DNA from: Lingula anatina
Lineage: Eukaryota; Animalia; Brachiopoda
DNA length: 64,000 nucleotides
Assembly (NCBI GenBank): GCA_051362555.1
Contig: CM120641.1
Span: 2,418,001-2,482,000, forward strand
Reading direction: 5' to 3'
Shown here: one piece after another, positions 63,120-64,000 of the stretch
Position numbering within the stretch: the stretch's first letter is position 1
Layout of the letters: each line of letters begins with the position of its first letter
Translations under genes and position numbers: made by a program
The notes under the pieces: model-generated
What the model saw: the letters and a program-made list of their open reading frames with translations, nothing else
What the model was told of the DNA's origin: nothing
The model's database searches: none

Positions 63120-63834
63120 GTGTTTTAGGATCCAGAGAGTCATCCATGTCTGAAGAATCAGCCAAAGAAGACCCCAGACAAATTCTGAAACAGCTTGAAA
63201 AAGAAATAACAGCTGGGAGAGATGTTAAAGGGAAGAGCATCCTTAAGGAGTCTTCCAAGGGTGAAACAACCACCCCGGAGACTGGGAAAGGCATCCTTAA
63301 AAGTGCTGCACCAACAGCGACCAGTGCCTCTGAGGACAGAATGATGGCGCCACCGTCAGCATCAGAAATCACCAGAGGGATTCTAAAAAGTGGTACAGAG
63401 AAAAAATCTGCAGACACAGCCTCCAAAAGTGAAGTGGCTGAACCGAAAAGCATTCTGAAAAAGGACAGCTTGAAAGAGACTTCACCTCCTTCTGCAGCAA
63501 CAGAACCTGAGAAGGGAGTTCTGAAGAAAGAAAGCTCCTTTGACAAGTCCAAAGGTCACATCAAGAGCATACTGAAACCAGACTCCAACTTTGACAAATC
63601 CAAAGAATCGCTGTCGCATCCAGGTGTCGTTCACAGCAACGGTACAGAAACCAAAGAGGAAGATACGTCATTGTCAGAGTCTGACCTGGATACTCTTGTG
63701 CAGGAAAACAAAAATGATGTATCTGTTGTAAAAGCCGGAGACCTGGATGACATCATTCAAGCCAACGAGCACGTGAAGACCCCGAGTAAAGACACTCCAC
63801 CCAGTAAGAGAAAGGAAAGGAAGGCTAACGAGAG
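63120..63834 (+). CDS. SVIL: SVIL exon, 715 nt, phase 1-2, with seven (S/G)ILK-like repeats; last exon seen in the window
   Basis: 230-aa track ORF extended to the acceptor aacctccag|, donor GAG|GTAGGT. Confidence 0.9.
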
Positions 63835-64000
63835 GTAGGTGCATGGGTAACCATGCTGATCAGTATGCATGTTTATATATATATTTTACATTGTTAAGGA
63901 TCCGATTAACAGGGTGGCTATCTTCTAAACCGGACAAGATTTACCAACATTTGCATATCAATAGAAAGCTTATTTCAACTGCTTTTCATTCCATATCCTT

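Larger units (their letters stand above)
4780..63834 (+). other. SVIL: Supervillin-like gene locus, 5' part (continues past the window end)
   Basis: Phase-compatible GT-AG exon chain encoding a long, low-complexity N-terminus with supervillin signature motifs (ESRAERMSRYKEERRKQLA, MSVSVKTTIFNKL, LSLAEKMKLF, RxxTQP(V/I)TxEE). No stop codon is reached in the window. Confidence 0.85.

Overview
AT-rich eukaryotic (invertebrate metazoan-like; the taxon cannot be fixed from sequence alone) genomic DNA dominated by one large + strand, intron-rich gene. It is the N-terminal half of a supervillin (SVIL) homologue, recognised from the ESRAERMSRYKEERRKQLA..KYG, S(V/L)xxKxx(I/L)F and RxxTQP(V/I)TxEE motifs. 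The gelsolin/villin half lies beyond the window end. About 17 GT-AG exons join in frame by hand into ~1,930 aa. The most notable signal is a predicted set of internal alternative first exons converging on the exon at 43508. One gives MGHCLS (myristoyl/palmitoyl-type), one a 21-aa transmembrane signal anchor, one MMPTYPGPCSVIYVSTYIWRP. A 26-nt phase-adapter microexon serves the long isoform. The protein also has ~15 SILK-like motifs and five TQPVT repeats resembling the MYPT1 inhibitory site. Introns hold several MITEs with target-site duplications (TSDs), Helentron-like fragments, decayed retroelements, a 60-bp minisatellite and microsatellites. All exon models are manual predictions without transcript evidence.
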